This document shows positions 41,593 through 51,384 of a stretch of DNA of 64,000 nt, piece by piece. Positions within the stretch are counted from its first letter, which is position 1; each line of letters opens with the position of its first letter. The position numbers were made by a program, and so were the translations under genes. The stretch lies in the NCBI GenBank assembly GCA_044507735.1, contig JBIQJB010000009.1, forward strand, positions 1-64,000. The letters run 5' to 3'. The notes under the pieces are model-generated. The model was not told the DNA's origin. It made no database searches and worked only from the letters and a program-made list of their open reading frames with translations. The DNA is from Nitrosopumilales archaeon (GTDB lineage: Archaea > Thermoproteota > Nitrososphaeria > Nitrososphaerales > Nitrososphaeraceae).

Positions 41593-41982
41593 ATGAGTGA
41601 CATGACAGATCGCGGCAGCGGTAACCGCAGGAGCGGAACGGCACACGAGAACCTGCTTGAGATACTGGACAATGTCATTCACGAGCTGGACTTCACAAAA
41701 AAGATGGCAATAATAATGGTTCTCTCGTTTATCATTATCCTGCCCGTATCTGCCGTTGTTGTGGGCTTGCTGCTGGAGCGAGGCGTTGAAGTTGCGATTG
41801 CGCTACCCATAATTGGAGCTGCGGTCTTTCTGGTTTGGCTTGGAGTTGGCATCCGTCAATGGATCGTCTTTTCAAAGTGGATGCAAAAATACAGGCTGTA
41901 CAAGGAGCTGCAGAAAAGGCTGGACGAAAGACTGGATTTTGACAGGGATGATAAGGGCACTGGAGAAGAGCCGCCGCAGTAG
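41593..41982 (+). CDS. 2-TM hypothetical membrane protein
   Basis: Two hydrophobic helices and a charged C-terminal helix. Confidence 0.78.
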   Translation: MSDMTDRGSGNRRSGTAHENLLEILDNVIHELDFTKKMAIIMVLSFIIILPVSAVVVGLLLERGVEVAIALPIIGAAVFLVWLGVGIRQWIVFSKWMQKYRLYKELQKRLDERLDFDRDDKGTGEEPPQ

Positions 41983-41990
41983 TAATTGTT

Positions 41991-42794
41991 TCACAACCTG
42001 ATCTTGACGCCGCTTCTCTTCAAGTATCTCTTTACTTTGTCGACCGTCGACTTTTCGTAGTGGAATATCGACGCAGCAAGCGCGGCGTCAACATCCGCCT
42101 TGTCAAACACGTCAAGCATGTGCCTGGCGCTTCCGCAGCCGCCAGAAGCTATCACAGGCACCCTGACTGACTTGCATATTGCCTTTGTAAGCACAATGTC
42201 ATATCCGTTCTCGGTGCCGTCGGCGTCGATGCTGGTCAAGAGTATCTCGCCGGCTCCCCTCTTCTCTACTTCTTTTGCCCACTTTATTGCGTCAAGGCCT
42301 GTGCCTTCTTTGCCCCCGTAAATCCTCACCTCAAACCAGAACTTCTTGCCCTTCTCTCTGAATATCGTCTTGCCCTTTTCGATGTTGTAGTTTCTCTTTG
42401 CGTCAATGGCAACCACCACGCATTGCTTTCCAAAGATGGACATCAACTGCGTTATCAGTTCCGGGTTCTTGACAGCCGCTGTGTTTATCGAAACCTTGTC
42501 GGCGCCGGATAGCAGAATGTCGCGGGCATCTTCCAGCTTTTTGATGCCGCCGCCGACTGTGAAGGGGATGTCGATGACGCTTGCCACCTTTCTCACGACG
42601 TTCTTCATTGTGTCCCTACCCTGCTGCGATGCCGTGATGTCGAGGAAAACCAACTCGTCAGCTCCCTGCTCGCTATATTTCTTGGCAAGCCCGACCGGGT
42701 CGCCGGCGTCCTTCACCTCTGCAAAGTGGATGCCCTTTACCACCCTGCCATTGTCTACGTCAAGGCACGGTATTACCCTCTTTGCAAGCGTCAT
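41991..42794 (-). CDS. hisF: Imidazole glycerol phosphate synthase cyclase subunit
   Basis: [30 protein letters not shown] and ALAASIFH motifs. Confidence 0.97.
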   Translation of the reverse strand: MTLAKRVIPCLDVDNGRVVKGIHFAEVKDAGDPVGLAKKYSEQGADELVFLDITASQQGRDTMKNVVRKVASVIDIPFTVGGGIKKLEDARDILLSGADKVSINTAAVKNPELITQLMSIFGKQCVVVAIDAKRNYNIEKGKTIFREKGKKFWFEVRIYGGKEGTGLDAIKWAKEVEKRGAGEILLTSIDADGTENGYDIVLTKAICKSVRVPVIASGGCGSARHMLDVFDKADVDAALAASIFHYEKSTVDKVKRYLKRSGVKIRL

Positions 42795-43489
42795 GCCAGC
42801 GCCTTCGCCCTCTCTACCGTGATCTTGCCGTCATACAGTGCCTTGCCCAGTATGACAGAGCTGCAGCCAGCGCTTCTGACCTTGACGATGTCATTCAGGC
42901 TGGCGATGCCTCCGCTTGCGATTATCCTCGCAGATTTGGCGGCCTCTGCAAGGGTTTCGACATCAGGTCCCTGCAGCGTGCCGTCCCGCTCGATGCTTGT
43001 AAGCAAGAACTCGTCTACGCCCATTACTGAAAACTGGGATATCGCGTCGGCCACCTTTGTGCCTGTTGACTCTTTCCATCCCTTCACCATAACGTTGCCG
43101 CCTATCTGGTCTATCGAGACAACGATCCTGCCGGGATTCTTTTTCGCAAGCTTTCTTACTGCCTCTGGCTGGTTGTATGCCATGGTGCCGATCACCACCC
43201 TTGCCGCCTTTCCAAGCATCTCCTCCGCCTTTTCAGCCGACCTTATGCCGCCGGCCACCTGCACGGGGATATTTATCGCCCCAGCTATTGCAGCGACCAA
43301 TTGCGAGTTGTCCCCGCTTGCGAACGCCGCGTCAAGGTCGACGATGTGTAGCATGTCTGCTCCAGCGGCCTCCCACTTTTTCGCCGTTTCAACGGGGTCG
43401 CTGCTGTACACGGTCTTGTTTGCAGGGTCTCCCTTGACCAGCCTGACTACGCTTCCACCCATGATGTCAACTGCGGCAATGACTCTCAT
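42791..43489 (-). CDS. hisA: ProFAR isomerase
   Basis: [26 protein letters not shown] and [10 protein letters not shown] motifs. Confidence 0.96.
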   Translation of the reverse strand: MRVIAAVDIMGGSVVRLVKGDPANKTVYSSDPVETAKKWEAAGADMLHIVDLDAAFASGDNSQLVAAIAGAINIPVQVAGGIRSAEKAEEMLGKAARVVIGTMAYNQPEAVRKLAKKNPGRIVVSIDQIGGNVMVKGWKESTGTKVADAISQFSVMGVDEFLLTSIERDGTLQGPDVETLAEAAKSARIIASGGIASLNDIVKVRSAGCSSVILGKALYDGKITVERAKALA

Positions 43490-44112
43490 TTTCCACCATT
43501 GTCACACATTTTGATAAAGTTCCTGAGCATGACCGCGCCGACTTCGCCGGACTTTTCTGGGTGGAACTGGACACCAATAAGGTTGCCCTTTTCGATGACT
43601 GCCGGGACGCTGACCCCGTAGTCGGAGGTAGCCACCACCAGATTGCGGTCCTTTGGAGCCGTGCGGTAAGAGTGCACAAAATACACCCACGAGTTGTCCT
43701 TGACTCCCTTTAGCAGCTTGCTGTCGCGCTTTATTTGCAGGTTGTTCCACCCCATGTGCGGGATCTTGACCTTGTTCTTTGGAAGGAGAACCACCTCGCC
43801 ATCCAATATCTTCAATCCGTCAAGCTTGCCTTCCTCGCTTCTCTCAAAGAGCATCTCCATGCCAAGGCAAATGCCCATAACTGGCATTCCACCATCTATC
43901 GCTCTGCCCAGGTGCTTTGCGCTGTTCTTTATTGATTCTATGGCTGGGTCAAAGTTGCCTACGCCCGGGAGCACCAGGCCGTCGAACCTGTCAAGGTCCT
44001 TCAAGTCATAGATTATCTCGACGCTTTCCGCCCCGTTGCGCTCCAATGCTGATTTCAGGCTGAACAGGTTGCCTGCGCCATAATCGAATATCGCTATCTT
44101 TGCCAGGTTCAC
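43486..44112 (-). CDS. hisH: IGP synthase glutamine amidotransferase subunit
   Basis: DYGAGNL, LPGVG, GICLGM, YFVHSY and QFHPEKS motifs. GTG start overlaps the hisB stop. Confidence 0.96.
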   Translation of the reverse strand: MNLAKIAIFDYGAGNLFSLKSALERNGAESVEIIYDLKDLDRFDGLVLPGVGNFDPAIESIKNSAKHLGRAIDGGMPVMGICLGMEMLFERSEEGKLDGLKILDGEVVLLPKNKVKIPHMGWNNLQIKRDSKLLKGVKDNSWVYFVHSYRTAPKDRNLVVATSDYGVSVPAVIEKGNLIGVQFHPEKSGEVGAVMLRNFIKMCDNGGK

Positions 44113-44702
44113 ATTGCCCCCTTTGTACTTGGGACTCCCTTCCTCCTGCTGTCGATGCTTGCTGCCATACGAAGCGCCACGGCAAACGCCTTGAGCGCAG
44201 CTTCGACCTTGTGGTGGTCGTTGTCGCCATATTGCACTACCATGTGCGTGCACGCATTCAGGTTTTGCACAAGCGACCTTGAAAAGTGCTCAAGGTCTTC
44301 CCTTGGCATTCCCTCTATGCTGTCGCGGGTCAGCATTAGCTCTACCTTCTGGTACGGTCGTTTTACCAGATCAATTGACGCGTATGCAAGCGCTTCGTCC
44401 ATCGGGATCAGCGCATATCCAAACCTTGCAATCCTTTCCCGCTCGCCCAGTGCCTTGTCTATTGTCTGGGCCAGCGCAATGGCAACGTCTTCTGCAAGGT
44501 GGTGGATTATGCCGTCGTTTGACTTGCCATTTAGCGTGATGTCTATCATGGCGTGCTTGCCGATCGAGGTGACAAGGTGGTCGATAAATGAAAGGCCGGT
44601 CTTGATGTTTGTCTTGCCCGTGCCATCAATGTTGACCTGCACGGTGACTGCAGTTTCTTTTGTTTCCCTCTCGATCCTCGCCCTTCTTGGACCAGCCAAC
44701 AT
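44109..44702 (-). CDS. hisB: Imidazoleglycerol-phosphate dehydratase
   Basis: RETKET, HHLAED, PMDEAL, NDHHKVE and PSTKG motifs. Confidence 0.96.
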   Translation of the reverse strand: MLAGPRRARIERETKETAVTVQVNIDGTGKTNIKTGLSFIDHLVTSIGKHAMIDITLNGKSNDGIIHHLAEDVAIALAQTIDKALGERERIARFGYALIPMDEALAYASIDLVKRPYQKVELMLTRDSIEGMPREDLEHFSRSLVQNLNACTHMVVQYGDNDHHKVEAALKAFAVALRMAASIDSRRKGVPSTKGAM

Positions 44703-44705
44703 CTG

Positions 44706-45662
44706 TTAAGCAGCCAGTACCTTATTTATCGTGTTCGGTAACTGGTTGACGCTCTTTGCGATGGCCTCAACTCCCTCTCGCTTGAACTGCGCCACGGTGT
44801 TTGATGGGTTTGGGCTGTTGCCATAAATGCCGACGAATGCTATCTTCACGCCCCCTTCTTTCTCGGCCCGCCTTGCCATCAGGAGGTCTTCTACCGAGTC
44901 GCCGGCATACACGGCGGTCCTTGCATCCATTACGTCCATCGCCCGCCAGATGGCATATGGGTTCGGCTTGGCGTATTCACGCTTTTCGTCTTCGAGGAAG
45001 ACGCAGGCGTCCAAATTGAAATATTTCATCACCGGCTTGAGCGAATACTCGGCCGCAAGCCTGCTTCTTCCAGATACTATTGCAAGGTTGCCGCCAAACA
45101 TTTCATGGAGCTTTTTCATTGTCTTGCCGGTTACCGAAATCCTGTCGTTCTTGATGAGCGGCTTGTTGCCCCTTTTCCAGTATTTTGGCTCTAGATTGTT
45201 CTGCTTCCTAAAGAGCTCGGGGCCGTAAAATAGCTCGTCAAACACCCTTGCAAGGATGCTTTCCTTAACAGGCGCGGGGTAGTTCAACTGCTTTTTCCAC
45301 TTTTCAATATCATAGCGTTCAGAGAGGAACTTTTCAACCGACGGATACCCGCTCTCGTCAGCGTTTTCTGCCACTTGTGCCAGGAATTTTCTTCCCTCAG
45401 TAATGTTCTTTGGAGCACGGGCGAGCATTGCAAGCGTTATTGCATATGTCGTATCTGTGTCGTTGTTAAAGCCGCCCCTCAGCCTGAACTTTAAGATGAT
45501 CTGGTCTGTGACCAGGTTTCGATATAGTGATGATGAAGAAGAAGACGTCTTGCCTCCTATGGACTTGAGCATGTATTCCACAGTCTTTTTGATTGCGGCG
45601 TTGTACGATTTGCGTATATCTACAAGGACGCCATCAATATCAAAGAGCGCACAGTTGTACAT
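44706..45662 (-). CDS. HAD-superfamily phosphatase, probable histidinol-phosphate phosphatase
   Basis: FDIDGVLVD, SGR, KPNP and GDSVED motifs. Located inside the his operon. Confidence 0.85.
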   Translation of the reverse strand: MYNCALFDIDGVLVDIRKSYNAAIKKTVEYMLKSIGGKTSSSSSSLYRNLVTDQIILKFRLRGGFNNDTDTTYAITLAMLARAPKNITEGRKFLAQVAENADESGYPSVEKFLSERYDIEKWKKQLNYPAPVKESILARVFDELFYGPELFRKQNNLEPKYWKRGNKPLIKNDRISVTGKTMKKLHEMFGGNLAIVSGRSRLAAEYSLKPVMKYFNLDACVFLEDEKREYAKPNPYAIWRAMDVMDARTAVYAGDSVEDLLMARRAEKEGGVKIAFVGIYGNSPNPSNTVAQFKREGVEAIAKSVNQLPNTINKVLAA

Positions 45663-46729
45663 CAGGCAGAGAACCCTTCTTCAATGCTCTGAAGGAACTT
45701 ATCATTCATTTCCCTGGTGCCTATCGTCACTCTCATGCAGCCCCTGTGGCCTGCGATGTTGCCAAGCATCTTGACCACTATTCCGTTGCTTTGCAGGGCC
45801 CCTGAGATATGCTGGTAGCGTTTGCCAGTTTCGATAAAGAGAAAGTTGGCGTCTGACTGGAACACCCTGATGCCTTCAAGCCTCGATAGCTTGTCGTACA
45901 CCCTGTCCCTTTCGCTTCTTATGGTTCTGATCGTCTGCATTACGTGGTCTGCGCGAGCCAGGACGCTGGACGCGATAGCAAGTGAAAGCGTGCTGATCGG
46001 ATACGGCGACTGTATGACAGATCTGAAGGTGCGGATGAATTTCCTGTTCGCCACCATGTAGCCTACCCTTGCGCCGGCGAGACCGTATGCCTTTGAGAGC
46101 GTGCGAAGCACTATTACATTGCTGCGTTTAGTCGCGTCTTCAGAAAGAGAGTAGTCTGCAAAGTCGACATAGGCCTCGTCCACGAGGATCAGCTTGCCTC
46201 TGAGCGAATCGACAATCTCGATCACAGTCTCCTTGTCTATCTGGTTGCCAGTAGGGTTGTTTGGCGAGCAGATGTATACAAGATCCGATTTCCTTGCGCT
46301 CTTTACAAACGCCCTCTTGTCAAGCGTAAAGTCTCGTGATAATGGCACCTGGTCGACCTTTATGCCATGCAACTCGCATCTGTTTATGAAATAAGAGAAA
46401 GTGGGCGCAAATACTGTCGCCCGCCTGCTCCCAAGCGTGGAGAGGAGAAGCTCGATTACCTGGTCCGACCCGCTGCCGGCCGCAATGCACTCTTGGTCAA
46501 CGCCTGCATACTCTGCAAGCTGTGAATAAAGCTGTTCGAGCTGGTCAAGGGGATATTCCCTCAGGTCAACCTTCTGCGCAGCCTCGGCGGCAATGCCCGT
46601 GACAAACTGTCTGTCAAGCGCAAAATTCTCATTCGAGTCCAGCTTTATTGCGCCTTCGACCTTTTCGGGCTTGACGTAGTGGCCAAGCTTGGCGATCCTT
46701 TTCACCGAATCTTCAAAGCTATTCTTCAT
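45662..46729 (-). CDS. hisC: Histidinol-phosphate aminotransferase (start 46729, 46753 or 46762)
   Basis: LDSNEN, GSDQ, SPNNPTG, DEAY and RTLSKAYGLAGARVG motifs. Confidence 0.95.
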   Translation of the reverse strand: MKNSFEDSVKRIAKLGHYVKPEKVEGAIKLDSNENFALDRQFVTGIAAEAAQKVDLREYPLDQLEQLYSQLAEYAGVDQECIAAGSGSDQVIELLLSTLGSRRATVFAPTFSYFINRCELHGIKVDQVPLSRDFTLDKRAFVKSARKSDLVYICSPNNPTGNQIDKETVIEIVDSLRGKLILVDEAYVDFADYSLSEDATKRSNVIVLRTLSKAYGLAGARVGYMVANRKFIRTFRSVIQSPYPISTLSLAIASSVLARADHVMQTIRTIRSERDRVYDKLSRLEGIRVFQSDANFLFIETGKRYQHISGALQSNGIVVKMLGNIAGHRGCMRVTIGTREMNDKFLQSIEEGFSA

Positions 46730-48035
46730 CTTCTTCTTCTTCGTTGCCTTCATTCTCCTCATGCCTCGCCCTCACTGCTTCGTAGTGGTTCAGCAATCCT
46801 TCTGCCGACGTCATTTCCCTGACCGCCCTGTCCACTTTTGCGAGTCCTGCCCTTGTCACCCTGACCTTGTTTACTATCTTGACAAAGTCAAGCACAGAGA
46901 GCGATGCGCGGGACTTGCCAAATCCAAGTGTCGGAAGCACATGATTTGACCCGAGTAAATAGTCGCTTGCGGACGACGGCGCATACTGGCCTATCAGCAC
47001 AAGCCCTGCAGAGTGCACCTTCTTTGCTACCGATTCTGCGTTCCTGCCAATTATCTCGAGGTGCTCTGGCGCAAACTCGTTGACAAAGTCGATGCAGGCA
47101 TTTTCGTTCTTGCAGATGGCAACAAAGCCATTGTTCCCTAGACTCGACTTCACAATGTCTGCGCGGGTTATCCTTTCAACCATCGAAAGCACCTGCTCCT
47201 GCACCTGCCGTGCAAGCTTTTCACTTGACGTCACAAGCCCGCAGATCGTATCTGAGCTGTGCTCCGCCTGCGAGATCAGATCCACCGCAACCAGGCGTGG
47301 GTCGGCGGATGCGTCGGCATAGATCAAAAGCTCTGTCGGGCCAGCCACCATGTCAGTTGAAACAGAGCCGGACGCGATCAGCTTTGCAGCTGTGACAAAC
47401 ATTCCGCCAGGCCCTACTATCTTACTCACCGGCTTTATCGACTGCGTGCCATACGCAAGAGCCGCAATGCCTTGCGCGCCTCCCATCTTGTAAAATTCGT
47501 CGACACCGCAGACGTCTGCTGCGACGAGTGTTAGCGGGTCAATAGTTCCGTCCTTTCTTGGAGGCGATGCTGCCACCACTCTCTTGACGCCTGCAACCTT
47601 GGCCGGCACCGCGCACATTACCACCGTGCTCGGGTAGCGGGCCTTGCCTCCGGGAATGTAACAGCCAACGCTCGCCACTGGCCTAACCACTTTGTCTATC
47701 TTGACCCCCTCGGACGACACCGCGATGCCCTTTAGGCGGCGAAACACTGCAAGCTCGCTCTTCAAAAGCTTCTGCTTCATGAGCTTGACTGCCTTGACCT
47801 GCTCCTTTGTGACCTGGCTATATGCCTGCCTTATCTCCTGCTTACTCACCAGGAGCGAGCCAGGCCTGACTCCGTCGAATTTTGCGGTGTAATCAAGAAC
47901 CGCCTGGTCGCCGTGCTGAGCGACATCCTTCATTATGGCCATGGCATCTGCAAAAAGCGAGTCTGGGATTGCGCTTGCCTTGCGAAGTCGCGAGGCCTCG
48001 GCTGCCGGATCTGAAACACTGAGAATCCTTATCAA
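46719..48035 (-). CDS. hisD: Histidinol dehydrogenase
   Basis: GCYIPGGKA.YPST, GPTE, QAEH, APEHL and GSNHVLPT motifs. Confidence 0.96.
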   Translation of the reverse strand: MIRILSVSDPAAEASRLRKASAIPDSLFADAMAIMKDVAQHGDQAVLDYTAKFDGVRPGSLLVSKQEIRQAYSQVTKEQVKAVKLMKQKLLKSELAVFRRLKGIAVSSEGVKIDKVVRPVASVGCYIPGGKARYPSTVVMCAVPAKVAGVKRVVAASPPRKDGTIDPLTLVAADVCGVDEFYKMGGAQGIAALAYGTQSIKPVSKIVGPGGMFVTAAKLIASGSVSTDMVAGPTELLIYADASADPRLVAVDLISQAEHSSDTICGLVTSSEKLARQVQEQVLSMVERITRADIVKSSLGNNGFVAICKNENACIDFVNEFAPEHLEIIGRNAESVAKKVHSAGLVLIGQYAPSSASDYLLGSNHVLPTLGFGKSRASLSVLDFVKIVNKVRVTRAGLAKVDRAVREMTSAEGLLNHYEAVRARHEENEGNEEEEDEE

Positions 48036-49009
48036 GAATATCCGTCCAAGTTTATCTCGTCAAGTGGCAGTATCTGCTTTGGCTCAAGCACCACCAAACC
48101 CTGAGCCAGCTTTCTCATCCTGGGCACTATTCTGATAAACTCGTTCTTGTCGATCACCGTGTTGACGCCGTACCAGCCCTCTTCTGATAGCGGGCTGATA
48201 GTGGGCCTCTTGAGGGCAGGCAATTCCTTCAACAGATTCTGAAGGTTCTCCTTCCTGACATTAACAAAGATGTGCAGCTTTTTCCTTCCCTCGACTACGC
48301 CCCTCATGAGCGCTATCATGTCTGCAATCTTTTCGCGCTTGGCAGGGTCCTTCAGCGCCTTCTTGTTTGCCACAAGAACAGCCGTTGATTCGGCCACTGT
48401 GTCGATTATCTTGAGGTTGTTCTGGGCAAGAGTCGTACCTGTCTCTGTAATGTCAAAAATGGCATCTACGTCCTCTGGTGGCTTGGCCTCTGTAGCGCCA
48501 AACGAGAGGAATATCTCTACCTTCTTGTTCTCGCCAAGCCTCAGCCAAGGCGTGATTATCATGGGGTCGGCATTTCCAAATGCATTCTTGTATGCGGCGT
48601 TTGACTTGAAGTGCCTCGAAGTTGTAGTAAGGTATTCGGAGGAAACCCTCAGCGTCCTCCCTGACTTGGCAAAGTCTGCGATCATCTCGTCCAGGTTCTT
48701 GTAAGGAAAGCTTGACGGGACCGCTATCACCTGCTTGACGCGCCCAATTTCCAAGTCAAGCAATATCTCTACATCTGCGGTTGCCTCGAGAATCCAGTCT
48801 CTGCCTGTTATGCCTACATCGTAAAAGCCTTCCTGGACATAGGTCGGGATTTCTTGAGGTCTCAATATCTTGACGTCGATTTCCGGGTCGCCAAGCTTCA
48901 CTCTATAGGTGCGACCCCTGCCGCTGACCTGCTGCCACGCCTGTTCCAGCAGCCTGAAAGTGACTTCCTCAATGCTCCCCTTTGGGACTGCAAATTTTAC
49001 AGTAGGCAT
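48032..49009 (-). CDS. hisG: ATP phosphoribosyltransferase (long form)
   Basis: AVPKGS, RPQEIP, DVGITG.D, GATE, DITETGTTL..N.L and C-terminal PTISPL. Confidence 0.96.
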   Translation of the reverse strand: MPTVKFAVPKGSIEEVTFRLLEQAWQQVSGRGRTYRVKLGDPEIDVKILRPQEIPTYVQEGFYDVGITGRDWILEATADVEILLDLEIGRVKQVIAVPSSFPYKNLDEMIADFAKSGRTLRVSSEYLTTTSRHFKSNAAYKNAFGNADPMIITPWLRLGENKKVEIFLSFGATEAKPPEDVDAIFDITETGTTLAQNNLKIIDTVAESTAVLVANKKALKDPAKREKIADMIALMRGVVEGRKKLHIFVNVRKENLQNLLKELPALKRPTISPLSEEGWYGVNTVIDKNEFIRIVPRMRKLAQGLVVLEPKQILPLDEINLDGYS

Positions 49010-49046
49010 CGATAGCTATCAGCAAGGAGTTTTACAGGATATATAT

Positions 49047-50171
49047 CTACTTGCTGAATTTTCGGTTGTGCAGCCTCATGTGGCCTGCCTGGATGCCTTC
49101 AGCGGAAAGTGCCCTTATTGCGGCGAGGTTCTGCGCAAGGCCAGCTGCAGCCATTGTCATTGCTAGCTCCTTTGCACTCTTTGCGCCCAAGATCTGGAGT
49201 GCAAGCTTGGCAGTCGGGTGAGCATTGACCACGCCGCCGACGGTTCCTACTGCAAGCGGTAGCTCGATTTCGCCCGCAAGGTCGCCTTCTTCGGTCCTGC
49301 GCCATCTGGTAAGCGAGCGGTAAGTCCCGCTCCTTGCCGCATAAGCGTGGGCGCCGGCTTCAATAGCCCTAAAGTCCTGACCTGTCGCAAGTGCGACTGC
49401 ATCAATGCCGTTCATGACGCCCTTGTTGTGAGTCACTGCCCTGTAAACATCAGAATGCGCAAGTGCGTAGGCGTACAGTATCCTCTTCACTACCTGGCTT
49501 CCGCCCAGCTCGTCTTTGTCAAAGACGGCCGTGCATCTGACCATCCTTCTTGTCGCATAGTTGGACAGTATTTTTAGAACGACTTCGCCGCCAGTGATCT
49601 CTGCTATCTTTGGCGCCATCGCCTCGCACATTGTGTTTATCGCGTTTGCTCCCATCGCATCCTTTGTGTCGACAACGACTTCTACTATCAGCATGCTGCC
49701 CATCTTGTTCGGGCTTGAATCGCGAAGCAGCCTGGCCTTCAGGTCAACTGCAGTAACTGATCTGCTCTTTGAATTGGCAATTGCGAGCAGCTGCTTCTTG
49801 TTCCTGATGACTTTTTGCATCGCGCTCTTTGTGGCGGCCCCAACTACCTGCACCTGGCCTATCATGAGTGAATCGTCTGCCTCCGCAGTAAAGCCGCCAT
49901 TCGCCTTGGCAATCTTGGCGGCCTTGCTGGCTGCAGCAATCACTGATGGCTCTTCTATGGCCATGGGCACTAAACACTCCTTGCCGTTTATCACAAAATT
50001 AGTCGCAATACCCATTGGCACTGACATGATGCCTATGGCATTCTCTACCATCTTGTTTGCATCTTCAAAGGAAAGCGGCCTGAGCATCAATTCAACGTCC
50101 GCAACGCCTGTCACCTTCCTCAGGTATTCCAGGCGCTCTTCCCTGCTCATTTCATAGAACTTTTGGGTCAT
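49047..50171 (-). CDS. hmgA: Hydroxymethylglutaryl-CoA reductase, class II
   Basis: ENAIG, EEPSVIAA, DAMGAN, THNKG.MNG and GIQAGHM.LH motifs. Confidence 0.94.
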   Translation of the reverse strand: MTQKFYEMSREERLEYLRKVTGVADVELMLRPLSFEDANKMVENAIGIMSVPMGIATNFVINGKECLVPMAIEEPSVIAAASKAAKIAKANGGFTAEADDSLMIGQVQVVGAATKSAMQKVIRNKKQLLAIANSKSRSVTAVDLKARLLRDSSPNKMGSMLIVEVVVDTKDAMGANAINTMCEAMAPKIAEITGGEVVLKILSNYATRRMVRCTAVFDKDELGGSQVVKRILYAYALAHSDVYRAVTHNKGVMNGIDAVALATGQDFRAIEAGAHAYAARSGTYRSLTRWRRTEEGDLAGEIELPLAVGTVGGVVNAHPTAKLALQILGAKSAKELAMTMAAAGLAQNLAAIRALSAEGIQAGHMRLHNRKFSK

Positions 50172-50185
50172 TCGTTGATTTCACG

Positions 50186-51289
50186 CTACTGTGGAGTTAT
50201 GATCCTTAAAATCTTGTCATCGCTGCTGTCCGGGATTGCCCTGCCGTCCCTGTTGCTGGTAGCCACATATAGCGAGCCGTCAGCACCCTCAACCACGTCG
50301 CGGATACGGCCAAAGCCCGTCAGCACGTTGTTTCCGCTTCCATCTTGGTCGATGTGCCTTAGCTGCTGTCCCTTCAGGGCAGCCAGAATGATGTCGTTCT
50401 GGTAGCCGAGCGTGTCGTGTGCCGGGATGGCAATTCCTGCAGGCGCTATCGCCGGGTTGAAGCAGTGAACTGGCTTTTCAAAGCGCTCGGCGGCGCAGCC
50501 CTCTATGGGCCAGCCGTAGTTGGCGCCGGGCTTGATAATGTTCACTTCGTCGTTGCCCTCAGGACCGTGCTCGCTTGCATACAGCTCGCCGGTGACCGGG
50601 TGCCATGTCAGCCCCTGTATGTTGCGGTGACCATACGAATACACCGGAGAGCCTTCAAATGGGTTGTCGTCTGGGATGGTGCCGTCCGGGTTCAGCCGCA
50701 GTATCTTGCCTGCCAGCGAATTGGCGTTCTGCGCAAGTTCCGGCTGCCGCGCGTCGCCCGTTGCAATGTACAGCTTGCCATCAGGGCCGAATTTGATCCT
50801 GCCTCCGTCGTTCCCATTGGCCGCCGGGATTCCGTCGATTATCACCTTCGATTCTACTATCTTGTTGTCCCTTTCAGTCAGCATCAGCACCTTGTTAAAG
50901 ACATTCGAGCCGTTAGAGTAGGTGTGGTAGACATAGAGCAGATGGTTCTCTTCAAAATCCGGGTGAAGAGCGAGGCCAAGCAGCCCTGATTCGCCATTCT
51001 GTGCAACATTGATAAACGCTGCAGGCTCGAGGAGCGTTCCATTTTCAATTATTCTTATCTTGCCGGACCTCTCTGTGAAGAATATGCGCCCATCTTCTGC
51101 GATGTCTATCGCCCAGGGCACTTCAAGGTTATCTGCCAGCACTCTCACGCCTGACCTGCTATTGTTTCCGCCAGAACCTGGTTCCGGTATTGGAAGTGTA
51201 GTCTGGGAAGGGGTATAGAGGGCAGTGGTAATCGCGGCCGCCACTACTATTGCTGCAGCCACAATAACAAGCCGCCGCTCCTTATCCAT
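50186..51289 (-). CDS. PQQ-dependent sugar dehydrogenase (GSDH family), membrane-anchored
   Basis: LEVPW, GLLGLALHPDF, GGRIKFGPDG.LY, GKILR and YGHRN.QG motifs. Confidence 0.92.
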   Translation of the reverse strand: MDKERRLVIVAAAIVVAAAITTALYTPSQTTLPIPEPGSGGNNSRSGVRVLADNLEVPWAIDIAEDGRIFFTERSGKIRIIENGTLLEPAAFINVAQNGESGLLGLALHPDFEENHLLYVYHTYSNGSNVFNKVLMLTERDNKIVESKVIIDGIPAANGNDGGRIKFGPDGKLYIATGDARQPELAQNANSLAGKILRLNPDGTIPDDNPFEGSPVYSYGHRNIQGLTWHPVTGELYASEHGPEGNDEVNIIKPGANYGWPIEGCAAERFEKPVHCFNPAIAPAGIAIPAHDTLGYQNDIILAALKGQQLRHIDQDGSGNNVLTGFGRIRDVVEGADGSLYVATSNRDGRAIPDSSDDKILRIITPQ

Positions 51290-51384
51290 GGATATGTTGT
51301 CTGATATTCAAGACGCATTATAACCTATTGTCTTCTTGCAAAATGTGAATGTTTAAAATACGAAGACCAAGACTGTCTAGTGAG

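Noticed and set aside
46719-46762. hisD/hisC overlap with a (GAA)n run giving an acidic HisD tail
   Set aside because: Low-complexity drift at a gene junction. Both genes are intact and no frameshift is needed.
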